Source of the DNA: Candidatus Binatia bacterium
GTDB taxonomy: Bacteria > Desulfobacterota > Binatia > UBA9968 > JAJDTQ01
Assembly (NCBI GenBank): GCA_963666515.2
Contig: OY762897.2
Coordinates: 4,544,001-4,608,000, forward strand
Direction: 5' to 3'
Length of the DNA stretch: 64,000 nucleotides
The position numbers were made by a program, and so were the translations under genes. Within the stretch, counting starts at the first letter, position 1. Every line of letters begins with the position of its first letter. Shown here one piece after another: positions 21,799 through 31,489 of this stretch. Below the pieces are notes generated by a model. It was not told the origin of the DNA and searched no databases. It saw only the letters and a list, made by a program, of their open reading frames with translations.

Positions 21799-22512
21799 AT
21801 GTGGAGTATTCTGAAAGAAGACGTCCGGGTGGCGTTCGAGCGGGACCCCGCGGCGCGGAACCTGTTCGAGATCCTGGTCAGCTATCCGGGGGTGCACGCG
21901 CTCCTGTTCCACCGCTTCGCCCACCGGCTGTGGCGCCGCGGCTGGAAGAACTTCGCGCGTTTCTTGAGCCACCTGAGCCGCTTCCTTACCGGCGTCGAGA
22001 TCCATCCCGGTGTCACCGTGGGACGGCGGTTCTTCATCGACCACGGCATGGGAGTGGTCATCGGCGAGACCGCGCAGATCGGCGATGACGTGACCCTGTA
22101 CCAGGGCGTGACCCTGGGCGGCATCAGCCTGCGCAGGGAGAAGCGCCACCCCACGGTGGAGGACTGCGTCATCATCGGCGCCGGCGCCACCGTGCTGGGC
22201 CCGGTGGTGCTGGGGCGGAACAGCAAGATCGGGTCCGGATCGGTGGTGGTGAAGGACGTGCCGGCGAACTCCACGGTGGTGGGCGTGCCGGGAAAGGTGG
22301 TGGAAGGGGACGGCGTGCACCGGGACCCGGTGGAGCACCAGATCGCCCTGGACCACGACCGGCTCCCCGACCCCATGGCCAAGTCCCTCAACAACCTGGC
22401 GGAATACATTCAGCGGCTCGAGAAGCGGGTGAACGAGCTGGACGCCAAGCAGGGCGGCCTGGAGGCGCGCCATCGCGAAGAGGTGGAGGAGACCCGCCGA
22501 TACAAGAACTGA
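21799..22512 (+). CDS. cysE: Serine O-acetyltransferase
   Basis: Motifs 'ERDPAAR', 'TGVEIHPG', '[13 protein letters not shown]', 'KRHPT'. Confidence 0.96.
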   Translation: MWSILKEDVRVAFERDPAARNLFEILVSYPGVHALLFHRFAHRLWRRGWKNFARFLSHLSRFLTGVEIHPGVTVGRRFFIDHGMGVVIGETAQIGDDVTLYQGVTLGGISLRREKRHPTVEDCVIIGAGATVLGPVVLGRNSKIGSGSVVVKDVPANSTVVGVPGKVVEGDGVHRDPVEHQIALDHDRLPDPMAKSLNNLAEYIQRLEKRVNELDAKQGGLEARHREEVEETRRYKN

Positions 22513-22521
22513 GCCGAAACG

Positions 22522-23661
22522 GTGAGGGCAGCAGCGGAAAACAGAGTGGTGGTGGCCATGAGCGGCGGGGTGGACAGCTCGGTGGCGGCCGGTCTCCTGG
22601 TGGAGCAGGGGTACGAGGTCGTGGGGGTGTCGTTGCGCCTGTGGGAGGGCCGGAACCTGGGGCCGCGCAACTGCTCGGATCACAGGGGAGCCGCGGAGGT
22701 GGCGGCGCTGCTGGGCATCCCGCACACGGTGCTGGACGAGCGGGACGCTTTCCGCAAGGCGGTGGTGACGCCCTTCGCCCAAAGCTACCTGGACGGGACC
22801 ACGCCCAATCCGTGCGTCGCCTGCAACCGCCAGTTCAAGATCGAGAAGCTGCTGGCCTGGGCCGAGGCCCGGGGCATCCCCCGCGTGGCCACCGGCCACT
22901 ACGCCCGCATCGGGTGCGGCGGCCACTCGCTGCTGCGCGGATCGGACCGCAACAAGGACCAGTCGTATTTCCTCTTCGCGCTGTCACGGCGCCAGCTAGA
23001 GCGCACCGTCTTCCCCCTGGGGGAGCTTCACAAGGATGCCGTTCGCGCCAAGGCCCGGGAGATGGGGCTTCCGGTGGCCGAGCGGCCGGAGAGCCAGGAC
23101 ATCTGCCTCGGCGATCACCGCGCGGTGGTCGCGTCATTGGCCGGGCCGGACCAGCTCGGCGCAGGGGAGATCGTGGACACCCGCGGGAAGGTCCTGGGGC
23201 GTCACAACGGGGTGCATGGCTTCACCGTGGGGCAGAGAAAGGGCCTGGGGATCGCGGCGTCGAGGCCGCTGTACGTGCTCCGCATCGACGCGGAACGGAG
23301 ACGGGTGGTGGTGGGCCCGCGCGAAGAGCTGGCCATGCCTTCCTTTACGGCGAGTCGCCTGCACTGGATCGAGCCGCCGCTTGGCGAGGAAAGCGCCGCC
23401 GAGGTGCAGATACGTTACCGGTCGCGACCGGTGCCCTGCACCTTGCGGCCCCTGAACGGCCACGGCGTCGAGGTCCGACCCGACGAGCCGCTGGCGTCGG
23501 TGACTCCGGGGCAGGCCGCGGTGTTCTATCGTGGTGATCGGGTCCTGGGCGGCGGCTGGATCGACCGGCAAGGAAGCGTCCGTCCAACCTCCTTGACCCC
23601 ACCCTACGTGGAAGAGGCACGTACTCCGACCCTCTCTCCCTCTGGTAGAGGGTTGGGTTGA
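22522..23661 (+). CDS. mnmA: tRNA 2-thiouridylase
   Basis: Motifs 'AMSGGVDSS', 'TPNPCVACN', 'ATGHYA', 'KDQSYFL', 'ESQDIC', 'TPGQAAV'. Confidence 0.95.
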   Translation: MRAAAENRVVVAMSGGVDSSVAAGLLVEQGYEVVGVSLRLWEGRNLGPRNCSDHRGAAEVAALLGIPHTVLDERDAFRKAVVTPFAQSYLDGTTPNPCVACNRQFKIEKLLAWAEARGIPRVATGHYARIGCGGHSLLRGSDRNKDQSYFLFALSRRQLERTVFPLGELHKDAVRAKAREMGLPVAERPESQDICLGDHRAVVASLAGPDQLGAGEIVDTRGKVLGRHNGVHGFTVGQRKGLGIAASRPLYVLRIDAERRRVVVGPREELAMPSFTASRLHWIEPPLGEESAAEVQIRYRSRPVPCTLRPLNGHGVEVRPDEPLASVTPGQAAVFYRGDRVLGGGWIDRQGSVRPTSLTPPYVEEARTPTLSPSGRGLG

Positions 23662-23665
23662 GGGT
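23630..23665 (-). repeat. REP-like element of the CCCTCACCCCAACCCTCTCCC...GGGAGAGGG type at the mnmA 3' end
   Basis: The minus strand reads ACCCTCAACCCAACCCTCTACCAGAGGGAGAGAGGG. Confidence 0.55.
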
Positions 23666-23672
23666 CTCCCGA

Positions 23673-25049
23673 ATGTCCATGCGCGTCGCCATCAAGACCC
23701 TGGGTTGCAAGATCAACCAGTACGACTCCGCGGTGATCCAGGAACGTCTGGCGCGGGAGTCGTGCTCCTTCGTCCCCTTCGAGGACCCGGCCGACGTCTA
23801 TGTCCTCAACACCTGCACCGTGACGGACCGGGCGGACTGGGAAGCGCGGCAACTCGTGCGCAAGGCCCGGCGGCGGAGCCCGGCGGCGCGGGTGGTGGTG
23901 ACCGGCTGCTACGCGCAGGTGAGTCCGGAGGAAGTATCGCGGGTTCCCGGCGTCGATTTCGTGGTCGGCCTGAACCGCATGGACGAGCTGGTCCGTTACG
24001 TCGGCGACGGGGAAGCCGGCGCCACACCCGCGGTGCCGGCGGGCAATCCCCGGGACGCTCGCGCGGGAGGCCGTCGAGCCGGATCGGGAGGCGCCGCGGT
24101 GTCCGTCGGCAACCCCCGGGACGAGCGCGGCGTGGCCGTCCTGGGCGCGCGGCGTTTCCTGGGCCGCACCCGGGCGTTCCTCAAGGTGCAGGAAGGGTGC
24201 AACTTCGCCTGCAGCTACTGCATCATCCCCACCGCTCGCGGCCGCAGCCGCAGCGTGCCGCCGGAGCGGGTGCTGGAACAGGTGCGCGGACTGGCGGACG
24301 CGGGCTTCTCGGAGATCGTCCTCACCGGCATCCACCTCGGCGGCTACGGCTACGACCTCTCGCCCCGGCTGCCCCTCAGCGGACTCGTGCGGCGGATCGC
24401 CGAGAGCGGACTGGTCTCCCGCCTGCGGCTCAGCTCCCTGGACCCGCGGGAGGTGACGGACGAGCTGCTGGCGGTGATGGCCGGCTCGGAGGTGATCTGC
24501 CCGCACCTGCACGTGTGCGTCCAGGCCGGCGAGGACGGCATCCTCAGGAAGATGCGCCGCAACTACGACACCGCCTACTTCGCCCGGTTGATGGCTCGCG
24601 CGCGAGGGAAGCTGCCCCGGGCCGCCCTGGGCACGGACGTCATCGTGGGATTCCCGGGGGAGACGGAACAGGCTTTCGGGGCGTCGCTGGATTTCCTGGC
24701 GGACCTGCCGCTGACCTACTTCCACGTGTTCCCGTACTCGGTCCGCCGCGGGACCCCGGCCGCGGACATGGCCGATCAGGTGGCGTCGGCCGAGAAGAAG
24801 GAACGCTCGCGCCGGGCGCGCGACCTCGGAGCCCGGAAGAAGCACGAGTTCTACGCGAGCCAGGTGGGACGCCGGGTGTCGGTCCTGGTGGAAGAGCCGG
24901 CCGCGGGTGAGCCGGGCGGGCTCAAGGGCTACAGCCGCAACTACCTGCCCGTGCTCCTTTCAGGCGGCCCCGACCTCGTCCACCGCGAGGTGTCCGTGAG
25001 GCTCCAGGAGTGGTCGGGCGGACGGCTGTGGGGGGAGGTCGAATGCTGA
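23673..25049 (+). CDS. mtaB: tRNA t6A37 methylthiotransferase (radical SAM)
   Basis: Motifs 'TLGCKINQYDS', 'NTCTVT', 'KVQEGCNFACSYC', 'IVLTGIHLG', 'HVFPYS'. Confidence 0.94.
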   Translation: MSMRVAIKTLGCKINQYDSAVIQERLARESCSFVPFEDPADVYVLNTCTVTDRADWEARQLVRKARRRSPAARVVVTGCYAQVSPEEVSRVPGVDFVVGLNRMDELVRYVGDGEAGATPAVPAGNPRDARAGGRRAGSGGAAVSVGNPRDERGVAVLGARRFLGRTRAFLKVQEGCNFACSYCIIPTARGRSRSVPPERVLEQVRGLADAGFSEIVLTGIHLGGYGYDLSPRLPLSGLVRRIAESGLVSRLRLSSLDPREVTDELLAVMAGSEVICPHLHVCVQAGEDGILRKMRRNYDTAYFARLMARARGKLPRAALGTDVIVGFPGETEQAFGASLDFLADLPLTYFHVFPYSVRRGTPAADMADQVASAEKKERSRRARDLGARKKHEFYASQVGRRVSVLVEEPAAGEPGGLKGYSRNYLPVLLSGGPDLVHREVSVRLQEWSGGRLWGEVEC

Positions 25050-25747
25050 CCGGAGCCCCCTCCGAACTGGAACGGCTCCAGCACGCTCTCGGCTACCGCT
25101 TCCAGGACGCCGCGCTGCTGGAGCGCTGCCTGACCCACGTATCGTGCGGCGGCGGCATGGACGCACACAACGAATCCCTGGAGTTTCTCGGCGACGCGGT
25201 GCTGAGCCTCGCCATCAGCGACCTGCTCATGCGCCGGTTCCCCGAGCGGAGCGAGGGCGACCTCTCGCGCATGCGGGCGTCGCTGGTGAACGGCCGGGTG
25301 CTGGCGGAAAAGGCGCGCCTGCTGCGGGTCGGCGAAGTGCTGCGGGTGGGGAAGGGCGAGGAGCGCACCGGCGGCCGGCACAAGGAGTCGATCCTGGCGG
25401 CGGCGCTGGAGGCGTTGCTGGGCGGCATCTACTGGGAGGCCGGGTACGACGCGGCGCGGCCCGTGGTGGAGGCCCATTTCGCCGCCGACCTGGACCACGG
25501 CGGACTGGGGCGCGACGACTACAAGACCCGTCTCCAGGAGGTGACCCAGCGTCTCTACCGCGTTCCGCCCACCTACCGGCTGATTCGGGAGTCGGGTCCC
25601 AGCCACGACAAGTATTTCGAGACCGAGATCCGGGTGGACGGCAACCTGGTGGGCCAGGGAGAGGGCCGGAGCAAGAAGCAGTCCGAGCAGGAAGCGGCGC
25701 GGCGCGCCCTGGAGATGCTCCAGGGGCAACTTCAGGGTCAGCAGTAG
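25043..25747 (+). CDS. rnc: Ribonuclease III
   Basis: Signature 'NESLEFLGDAVL'; dsRBD 'DYKTRLQE...GPSH...SKKQSEQEAA'. Confidence 0.95.
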   Translation: MLTGAPSELERLQHALGYRFQDAALLERCLTHVSCGGGMDAHNESLEFLGDAVLSLAISDLLMRRFPERSEGDLSRMRASLVNGRVLAEKARLLRVGEVLRVGKGEERTGGRHKESILAAALEALLGGIYWEAGYDAARPVVEAHFAADLDHGGLGRDDYKTRLQEVTQRLYRVPPTYRLIRESGPSHDKYFETEIRVDGNLVGQGEGRSKKQSEQEAARRALEMLQGQLQGQQ

Positions 25748-25831
25748 CGTTCGAGCCCGCGGTCCTGTCCCGGGAACCTGCTTGCGGGACGGGCTGTCGG
25801 CGGCTCGTGTTTCAGTCATCTTCAGTCATCC

Positions 25832-26866
25832 ATGGCGAAGCTCACGTACAAGGACGCCGGCGTGGACGTGGAGGGGGCGAGCCGGCTGGTCCGCTCGGTG
25901 GCGTCGCTGGCCCGCGGAACCGCGCGGCCCGGCCTCCTGGGCGGCATCGGCGGGTTCGGCGGGCTCTTCGACCTCACCCGCATCCGCGCCCGCCGGCCCG
26001 TGCTGGTGTCGTCCACGGACGGCGTGGGCACCAAGCTCAGGATCGCGTTCATGGCCGGCCGCCATGACACCGTCGGCATCGACCTGGTGGCCATGGGCGT
26101 CAACGACATCGTCACCCAGGGCGCAGAGCCGCTGTTCTTCCTCGACTACTTCGCCACCGGCAAGCTGGAGCCCGCCACCTTCAAGGCGGTGGTAGCCGGG
26201 GTCGCGGAAGGCTGCCGCCAGGCCGGGTGCGCGCTCCTGGGCGGAGAGACCGCGGAGATGCCGTCCTTCTACCGGGACGGCGAGTACGACCTGGCGGGTT
26301 TTTGTGTCGGCGTCGTCGAGAAGGACCGCATCCCCGATGCCCGCAACGTACGCGCCGGCGACGTGATCATCGGCCTGCCGTCCAGCGGGCTCCACAGCAA
26401 CGGCTATTCGCTGGCGCGGAAGGTGCTGCTGGAGACCGCGAAGCTCAGGTTGAAGTCCCGGATGGCGGAACTGGGAAGGCCCCTGGCCGACGAGCTGCTG
26501 GAGCCCACCCGGATCTACGCCAGCCTGATCAAGGGGCTGACGGCGCGCCACCGCATCAAGGGCATCGCCCACATCACCGGCGGCGGCATCGTGGAGAACC
26601 TGCCGCGGGTGCTGCCGCCCGGTCTGCGGGCGTGGGTGCGCCGGGGAAGCTGGCCCGTGCCGCCGATCTTCGATCTCATCGCGCGGCTGGGAGGCGTCGC
26701 CCAAGGGGAGATGGACCGCACCTTCAACACCGGCATCGGCATGGCGCTGGTGGTAGGGGCGGATGCGGTGGACGGGGTCCGGCGGGCGCTGCGCCGCCGG
26801 CGCGAGCCCCATGCCGTCATCGGCGAGGTCCGCAAGGGCCGCCGCGGCGTCTCGTTCATCAAGTAG
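25832..26866 (+). CDS. purM: Phosphoribosylformylglycinamidine cyclo-ligase
   Basis: Motifs 'YKDAGVD', 'TDGVGTK', 'GGETAEMP', 'SSGLHSNGYSL', 'HITGGG'. Confidence 0.97.
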   Translation: MAKLTYKDAGVDVEGASRLVRSVASLARGTARPGLLGGIGGFGGLFDLTRIRARRPVLVSSTDGVGTKLRIAFMAGRHDTVGIDLVAMGVNDIVTQGAEPLFFLDYFATGKLEPATFKAVVAGVAEGCRQAGCALLGGETAEMPSFYRDGEYDLAGFCVGVVEKDRIPDARNVRAGDVIIGLPSSGLHSNGYSLARKVLLETAKLRLKSRMAELGRPLADELLEPTRIYASLIKGLTARHRIKGIAHITGGGIVENLPRVLPPGLRAWVRRGSWPVPPIFDLIARLGGVAQGEMDRTFNTGIGMALVVGADAVDGVRRALRRRREPHAVIGEVRKGRRGVSFIK

Positions 26867-26925
26867 CGGCGGGTTTCAATATCTGCCGGCGCCCGTCATC
26901 GCGGCGCAGAAAAAGTGAGTCTCCT

Positions 26926-27609
26926 ATGAACCGCAAAATCCCCATCGGCGTCCTGCTCTCGGGCGGAGGCACCAACCTCCAGGCGATCATCGACGCCATC
27001 GAAAGCGGCAACCTGGACGCAGACATCCGCACCGTCGTCAGCAACCGCGAGAACGCCTACGGCCTCACCCGCGCCCGCAACCACGGCATCCCCGCCACCG
27101 TCATCGACCACCGCGGCCACCCGTCACGGGAAGCATACGACCGGGTGGTGGTGGAGCACCTCAAGGGACAGGGCGTGGATCTCGTGGTGCTGGCGGGCTT
27201 CATGCGCTTGCTGTCGCCGCTCTTCATCCAGAGCTTCCCCGACCGCATCATGAACATCCACCCCGCGCTGTCGCCCTCCTTCGCCGGCCTCCACGGCCAG
27301 CGCCAAGCCTTCGAGTACGGCGTCAAGTTCTCCGGCTGCACCGTCCACTTCGTCAGCGAGGGCTGCGACGAAGGCCCCATCATCATCCAGGCCGTCGTCC
27401 CTGTCCTGCCAGATGACACAGAGGAAACCCTCGCGCACCGCATCCTGGTCCAGGAACACCGCATCTACCCCCAGGCCATCCAGCTCTACGGCGAAGGCCG
27501 GCTCGTGATCGAGGGCAGGAAGGTGAAGGTGACGGGGGAGAATGGGGCTGCCGACGAGGATAGTGCGCTGGTGAATCCGCCCATTCCTGGACGGTCCGAG
27601 ACGCGTTGA
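26926..27609 (+). CDS. purN: Phosphoribosylglycinamide formyltransferase
   Basis: Motifs 'SGGGTNLQA', 'LAGFMRLL', 'NIHPAL', 'GCTVHFV', 'DEGPII'. Confidence 0.96.
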   Translation: MNRKIPIGVLLSGGGTNLQAIIDAIESGNLDADIRTVVSNRENAYGLTRARNHGIPATVIDHRGHPSREAYDRVVVEHLKGQGVDLVVLAGFMRLLSPLFIQSFPDRIMNIHPALSPSFAGLHGQRQAFEYGVKFSGCTVHFVSEGCDEGPIIIQAVVPVLPDDTEETLAHRILVQEHRIYPQAIQLYGEGRLVIEGRKVKVTGENGAADEDSALVNPPIPGRSETR

Positions 27610-27671
27610 TCCGGTACTTGACCGAGACCCACGATCCGGGTATATCCCGGTAACGTTTCCGAGGAGGTGCA

Positions 27672-27992
27672 ATGGCTAGCCAACCGGAACAAGAAGGATC
27701 GAACCGGCGGGTCATCCGACACCGTGTACGGGTGTCCGCCGAAGGGTTGAGGCGGGTTGAGGTGACCGTGCCGGCAAACGACTCTCAACTCGTAAAGGCA
27801 TTGGCAGGCGTGCTTCGTGCGGGGGGCGATGAGGCGATGAGGGTGCGCGAGGCCTTCATGTCAATGACGGCTACGGAACCCGTGCGCACTGGCGCCGAGC
27901 TCCTGGTTTTCCTACGCACCTCGCCGCTGGTGGGTGAAGACCTGACAATCGAGCGTGACAAAACCACGGGCCGCACGGTCGACCTCGGATAA
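27672..27992 (+). CDS. Antitoxin (VapB-like, RHH-type N-terminus)
   Basis: 106 aa with a GAGGAGG RBS; 'RRVEVTVP', C-terminal 'SPLVGEDL.IERD...GRTVDL'; coupled to the PIN gene by TAATG. Confidence 0.75.
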   Translation: MASQPEQEGSNRRVIRHRVRVSAEGLRRVEVTVPANDSQLVKALAGVLRAGGDEAMRVREAFMSMTATEPVRTGAELLVFLRTSPLVGEDLTIERDKTTGRTVDLG

Positions 27993-28417
27993 TGGCTTAC
28001 CTGATCGACACGAACGTGATCAGTGAGACTTTCAAGCCGCGACCCGAACGTCGCGTGGTCGATTGGATTGGTCGCCAGATGGCAAGTGATCTGTTCCTTG
28101 CGTCGATCAGCCTTGGTGAACTGGTGCGCGGCGTCCGCCGCATGAGGGAGCAGGCCAGGAGAGAACGCTTTGAACGGTGGATTGATCACGATCTGGCCGC
28201 CCAGTTTCAGGGGCGCATCCTTCCCTTCGACCATGAAGCAGCGGTGATTTGGGGTGAGATCATGGGCGACGGCGACCGGACCGGGCGGCCGAGACCCATG
28301 GCCGACGCGCAAATTGCCGCCGTCGCCCGACGGCATGGTCTGACGCTTGTCACCCGCAATATCCGCGACTTCGCAAAGATGGAAGTGGAGATGTTCGACC
28401 CTTGGGGGTCAGCCTGA
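27992..28417 (+). CDS. vapC: PIN-domain toxin (VapC family)
   Basis: Motifs 'YLIDTNVISE', 'SLGEL', 'LPFD', 'DAQIAA', 'LVTRN..DF'. Confidence 0.92.
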   Translation: MAYLIDTNVISETFKPRPERRVVDWIGRQMASDLFLASISLGELVRGVRRMREQARRERFERWIDHDLAAQFQGRILPFDHEAAVIWGEIMGDGDRTGRPRPMADAQIAAVARRHGLTLVTRNIRDFAKMEVEMFDPWGSA

Positions 28418-28440
28418 CTTCGTGAACGAACTGGTGCCAC

Positions 28441-29313
28441 ATGCCAAAACTTGACGGCGATGGGAACTTGGCAACGAAGCCGGTATTGCCGTTCCTCAAA
28501 TGGCCAGGTGGTAAACGGTGGCTCGTTCCCATCCTACTGACAACTATTCAGCCGACGAAGTTTAAGACGTATTACGAGCCATTTCTCGGTGGTGGTGCGT
28601 TCTTTTTCGCGCTGAATCCCGCAAGTGCTGTTCTTTCAGATGTTAACTCGGACCTAATTAACACCTACCGACAAGTCAGGTACCGTCCTTCCGTCTTGAT
28701 TCGTCAACTCCAAATGTTACCCGTGACAAGGCAGACCTACGAGTCACAGCGCAGACACTCGCCCAAGCGATCTCTCGACCGAGCAGTCCGTTTCCTGTAT
28801 TTGAACCGCACCGCTTTCGGTGGTATCCATCGCCTTAACCAGAGGGGCGAATTCAACGTCCCGTTTGGCGGCGGCGAGCGAACTCCGAAACCCCTTTGGC
28901 AGTCTGGTTTGTTACAAAGAGCCGCACGAGCTCTTCGATCAAGCACCCTTAAAGTTTGCGACTTTGAGCTCGCGATTTCTGAAGCTGATTGTGGCGATCT
29001 GGTCTACTGCGATCCAACGTATACTGTCGCGCACAACAACAACGGCTTCGTTCGATACAACGAGAACAATTTTTCCTGGGCGGATCAGCGGCGACTTGCC
29101 AAGTGCTGTCGTCAGGCGTCGCGAAGGGGTGCGACGGTCATCGTCAGTAACGCGGCTAGTCCGGATGTTCTTGAGCTATTCGATCCCCCACGGCATTTTA
29201 CTGTGAGTCGATCTAGCAACCTCTGTCCCAGAGTAGAGTATCGGCGTGCAACAGAGGAATACTTGTTCGTTTTCTCCTCGGACACGACAGCCCGAGTTGG
29301 ATCGACCGAGTGA
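28441..29313 (+). CDS. Dam-family (D12 class) DNA adenine methyltransferase
   Basis: Motifs 'PFLKWPGGKRWL', 'YYEPFLGGGA', 'SDVN.DLIN', 'FLYLNRT.FGG', 'FNVPFG'; motif IV reads DPTY instead of DPPY. Confidence 0.9.
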   Translation: MPKLDGDGNLATKPVLPFLKWPGGKRWLVPILLTTIQPTKFKTYYEPFLGGGAFFFALNPASAVLSDVNSDLINTYRQVRYRPSVLIRQLQMLPVTRQTYESQRRHSPKRSLDRAVRFLYLNRTAFGGIHRLNQRGEFNVPFGGGERTPKPLWQSGLLQRAARALRSSTLKVCDFELAISEADCGDLVYCDPTYTVAHNNNGFVRYNENNFSWADQRRLAKCCRQASRRGATVIVSNAASPDVLELFDPPRHFTVSRSSNLCPRVEYRRATEEYLFVFSSDTTARVGSTE

Positions 29314-30869
29314 GCTTGACGATGAAGAGCGAGTTTCTAGTTGTGGCCAAGAAGCTCATGGAGAGTGAGAGGCACCCGATGTCGGCTCGAGAGTTGGTTA
29401 AACTGGGAATGGATCGGCAACTCTTCTCGGATAAGATCGCGGGAGAAACTCCTCACCAAACGATGAAGGCCAAGTTGAGTGTTCACATCCGCCGGTTGGG
29501 TGAAAACAGTCTCTTCATCCGTACAGAACCAGGACGGTTCTTTCTGCGACACCTACTTGATAGTAACAGGGAACCGTTTGACGCCAAACCGATCGCACCT
29601 GTCGCGAGCACAGAGCGTGTCTGGGTTTACCGAACCACGGAACTCGACGGGCTAACGACATGGCAGGGGTTGTCGTCAGCTTGGAAGAAGGTAACCCTTG
29701 CCATGTTTTCTACGCTTCGGTGTGATGTTCGAGAGCGCCTTGAGGTTGAGGAAGACAACGATTACACACAGCTTCTGACATATGTCTTGGTCACAAGAGG
29801 TGAGGCCGTTTTGGCATACAGGCGAGGGACCTACAACCGAACTGAACGATATCTGAGAGGGTCGTTTTGCGTCGGTTTTGGGGGTCATGTGATAGAGGGC
29901 GACTTTGATCTCTTTCATGCGGGAGTTGAAGGGATACTTGAGAGTGCATCACGGGAGTTAATGGAGGAGCTGTCTCTTCCACCAACCGACATCGGACGAC
30001 TACGGCGACACGATGACTTGAAGATTGTAGGGATCATCAACGACGATTCTTCGGAGGTGGGCAGACGGCATCTAGCGTTCGTCGTCAACTACGAGGTTAG
30101 CGGTGATAGGTACTGGGACCGTCCCGAGAGAGGGGAGAAGGCGGTCACACAGTTACACTGGATTTCCACCACCGGAACGGCTCAGGTTTCCTTGTGGAAC
30201 TTTGAATACTGGTCACAGCTTTGTCTCCGGCAGTTCAGGCCACGTTTGGTGCGGGAGCGTGCAGCATACCGGCTACTCCGGCGGCGGTCACTGCGGCCTC
30301 CGCACATCTTGTGCATGATTGGCCCGGTTGGCAGCGGGAAGACGATCGCCACAGAGGTCTTGAGAAAGGACTTTGGTTACCGTGAGATCAATTCGGGGAA
30401 GGTCCTAGCAGGTATACTCAAGATTAAGCCGGTATCTGCCGCTCGTAGGCGACAGTTTCAACAGCGGGCGTGGCAATTCATCTCGCAGGAGAGTGGTCCC
30501 ATGCAACTTGCGAAGAGGATCGTCGAGATCGCAAATGGTTTGAACTCGGACAGAATCGTCGTCGATGGAATACGACAAGGACGCACTGTCGAGTCATTGA
30601 AGTTCCTCCTTGGAAGTAGACGACTTGGAGTTGTATTCGTGCAGACGCCTGTGGATTTGGCCTTCAAGTTTTTCGTCGATCGTTTTCCAGAGAATGCGAC
30701 GATGGCCGACTTCTTGGCTGCTAGAGACGCACTGGTCGAACAAGAAGTCGAAGAACTCATCTCAAAGGCCGACGCGGTCCTGTACAACTGGACCGGAACC
30801 CCTCAATATCGTGAAACCATTCGCGCCATGATGAGACAACTCGGAGTTTCCCGGGGGATTGGACGATGA
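29310..30869 (+). CDS. HARE-HTH + NUDIX hydrolase + P-loop nucleotide kinase fusion
   Basis: About aa 5-80: winged HTH 'PMSAREL...GETPHQTM...FIRTEPGRFFL'. Middle: YmaB/COG4112-like NUDIX 'QLLTYV...Y.R...GFGGHV...RELMEEL...GIINDDSSEVGRRHL'. C-terminal: NMP-kinase-like 'GPVGSGKT...VVDGIR...EQEVE...AD.VL.N'. Confidence 0.8.
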   Translation: MSLTMKSEFLVVAKKLMESERHPMSARELVKLGMDRQLFSDKIAGETPHQTMKAKLSVHIRRLGENSLFIRTEPGRFFLRHLLDSNREPFDAKPIAPVASTERVWVYRTTELDGLTTWQGLSSAWKKVTLAMFSTLRCDVRERLEVEEDNDYTQLLTYVLVTRGEAVLAYRRGTYNRTERYLRGSFCVGFGGHVIEGDFDLFHAGVEGILESASRELMEELSLPPTDIGRLRRHDDLKIVGIINDDSSEVGRRHLAFVVNYEVSGDRYWDRPERGEKAVTQLHWISTTGTAQVSLWNFEYWSQLCLRQFRPRLVRERAAYRLLRRRSLRPPHILCMIGPVGSGKTIATEVLRKDFGYREINSGKVLAGILKIKPVSAARRRQFQQRAWQFISQESGPMQLAKRIVEIANGLNSDRIVVDGIRQGRTVESLKFLLGSRRLGVVFVQTPVDLAFKFFVDRFPENATMADFLAARDALVEQEVEELISKADAVLYNWTGTPQYRETIRAMMRQLGVSRGIGR

Positions 30870-31489
30870 GCGGGGGTTACGACGAAGGATATCGACGCTG
30901 CCCTTGTTTTTGGGGCACTAGTCCAGGTAGTTATGTTAAGATTTTAACTCGTTATGTCCGTTCGTTTGACGGTCTCAAGGTCCTCGATGTGGGGTGTGGC
31001 GAGGGGAAGAACGCCGTTTTTTTGGCTGGCCTCGGTGCCGTGGTTGACGCGGTTGACGTTTCACCAGCAGCAATCGAGAACGGTACCAGGATGTGGGGGA
31101 AAGTGAGCAAGGTTTGCTGGATGGTCGCGGACATCCGTGAGTTAGAGTTGAGTCAGGAGTACGACATAGTAGTAGCGTATGGTCTCTGCCACTGTCTTAA
31201 CGACTCTACGGAGGTGTCAACTGTGGTGGCAAAACTGCAGGCCGCAACTGCAAGGGGAGGGTACAACGTACTGTGCGCCTTCAACGACCGTGGTCAGGAC
31301 CTCCTTTCTGCACACGCTGGTTTTGAGCCATGCCTATTAGGACACAGCGACTATCTGTCACAATATGCATCGTGGACAGTCCTTGCGGCGTCTGATTCGG
31401 ACCTAACAGAGAGGCACCCGCATAATGGAATCGACCACACACACTCGCTAACGCGCATTTTAGCAAAAAGAAGACATGATGTCGGTTGA
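30866..31489 (+). CDS. Class I SAM-dependent methyltransferase, TehB-like
   Basis: Motifs 'KVLDVGCGEGKNAVFLA', 'AVDVS', 'ADI', 'YDIVVAYG..H', 'LQAAT..GGYN'. Confidence 0.88.
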   Translation: MSGGYDEGYRRCPCFWGTSPGSYVKILTRYVRSFDGLKVLDVGCGEGKNAVFLAGLGAVVDAVDVSPAAIENGTRMWGKVSKVCWMVADIRELELSQEYDIVVAYGLCHCLNDSTEVSTVVAKLQAATARGGYNVLCAFNDRGQDLLSAHAGFEPCLLGHSDYLSQYASWTVLAASDSDLTERHPHNGIDHTHSLTRILAKRRHDVG

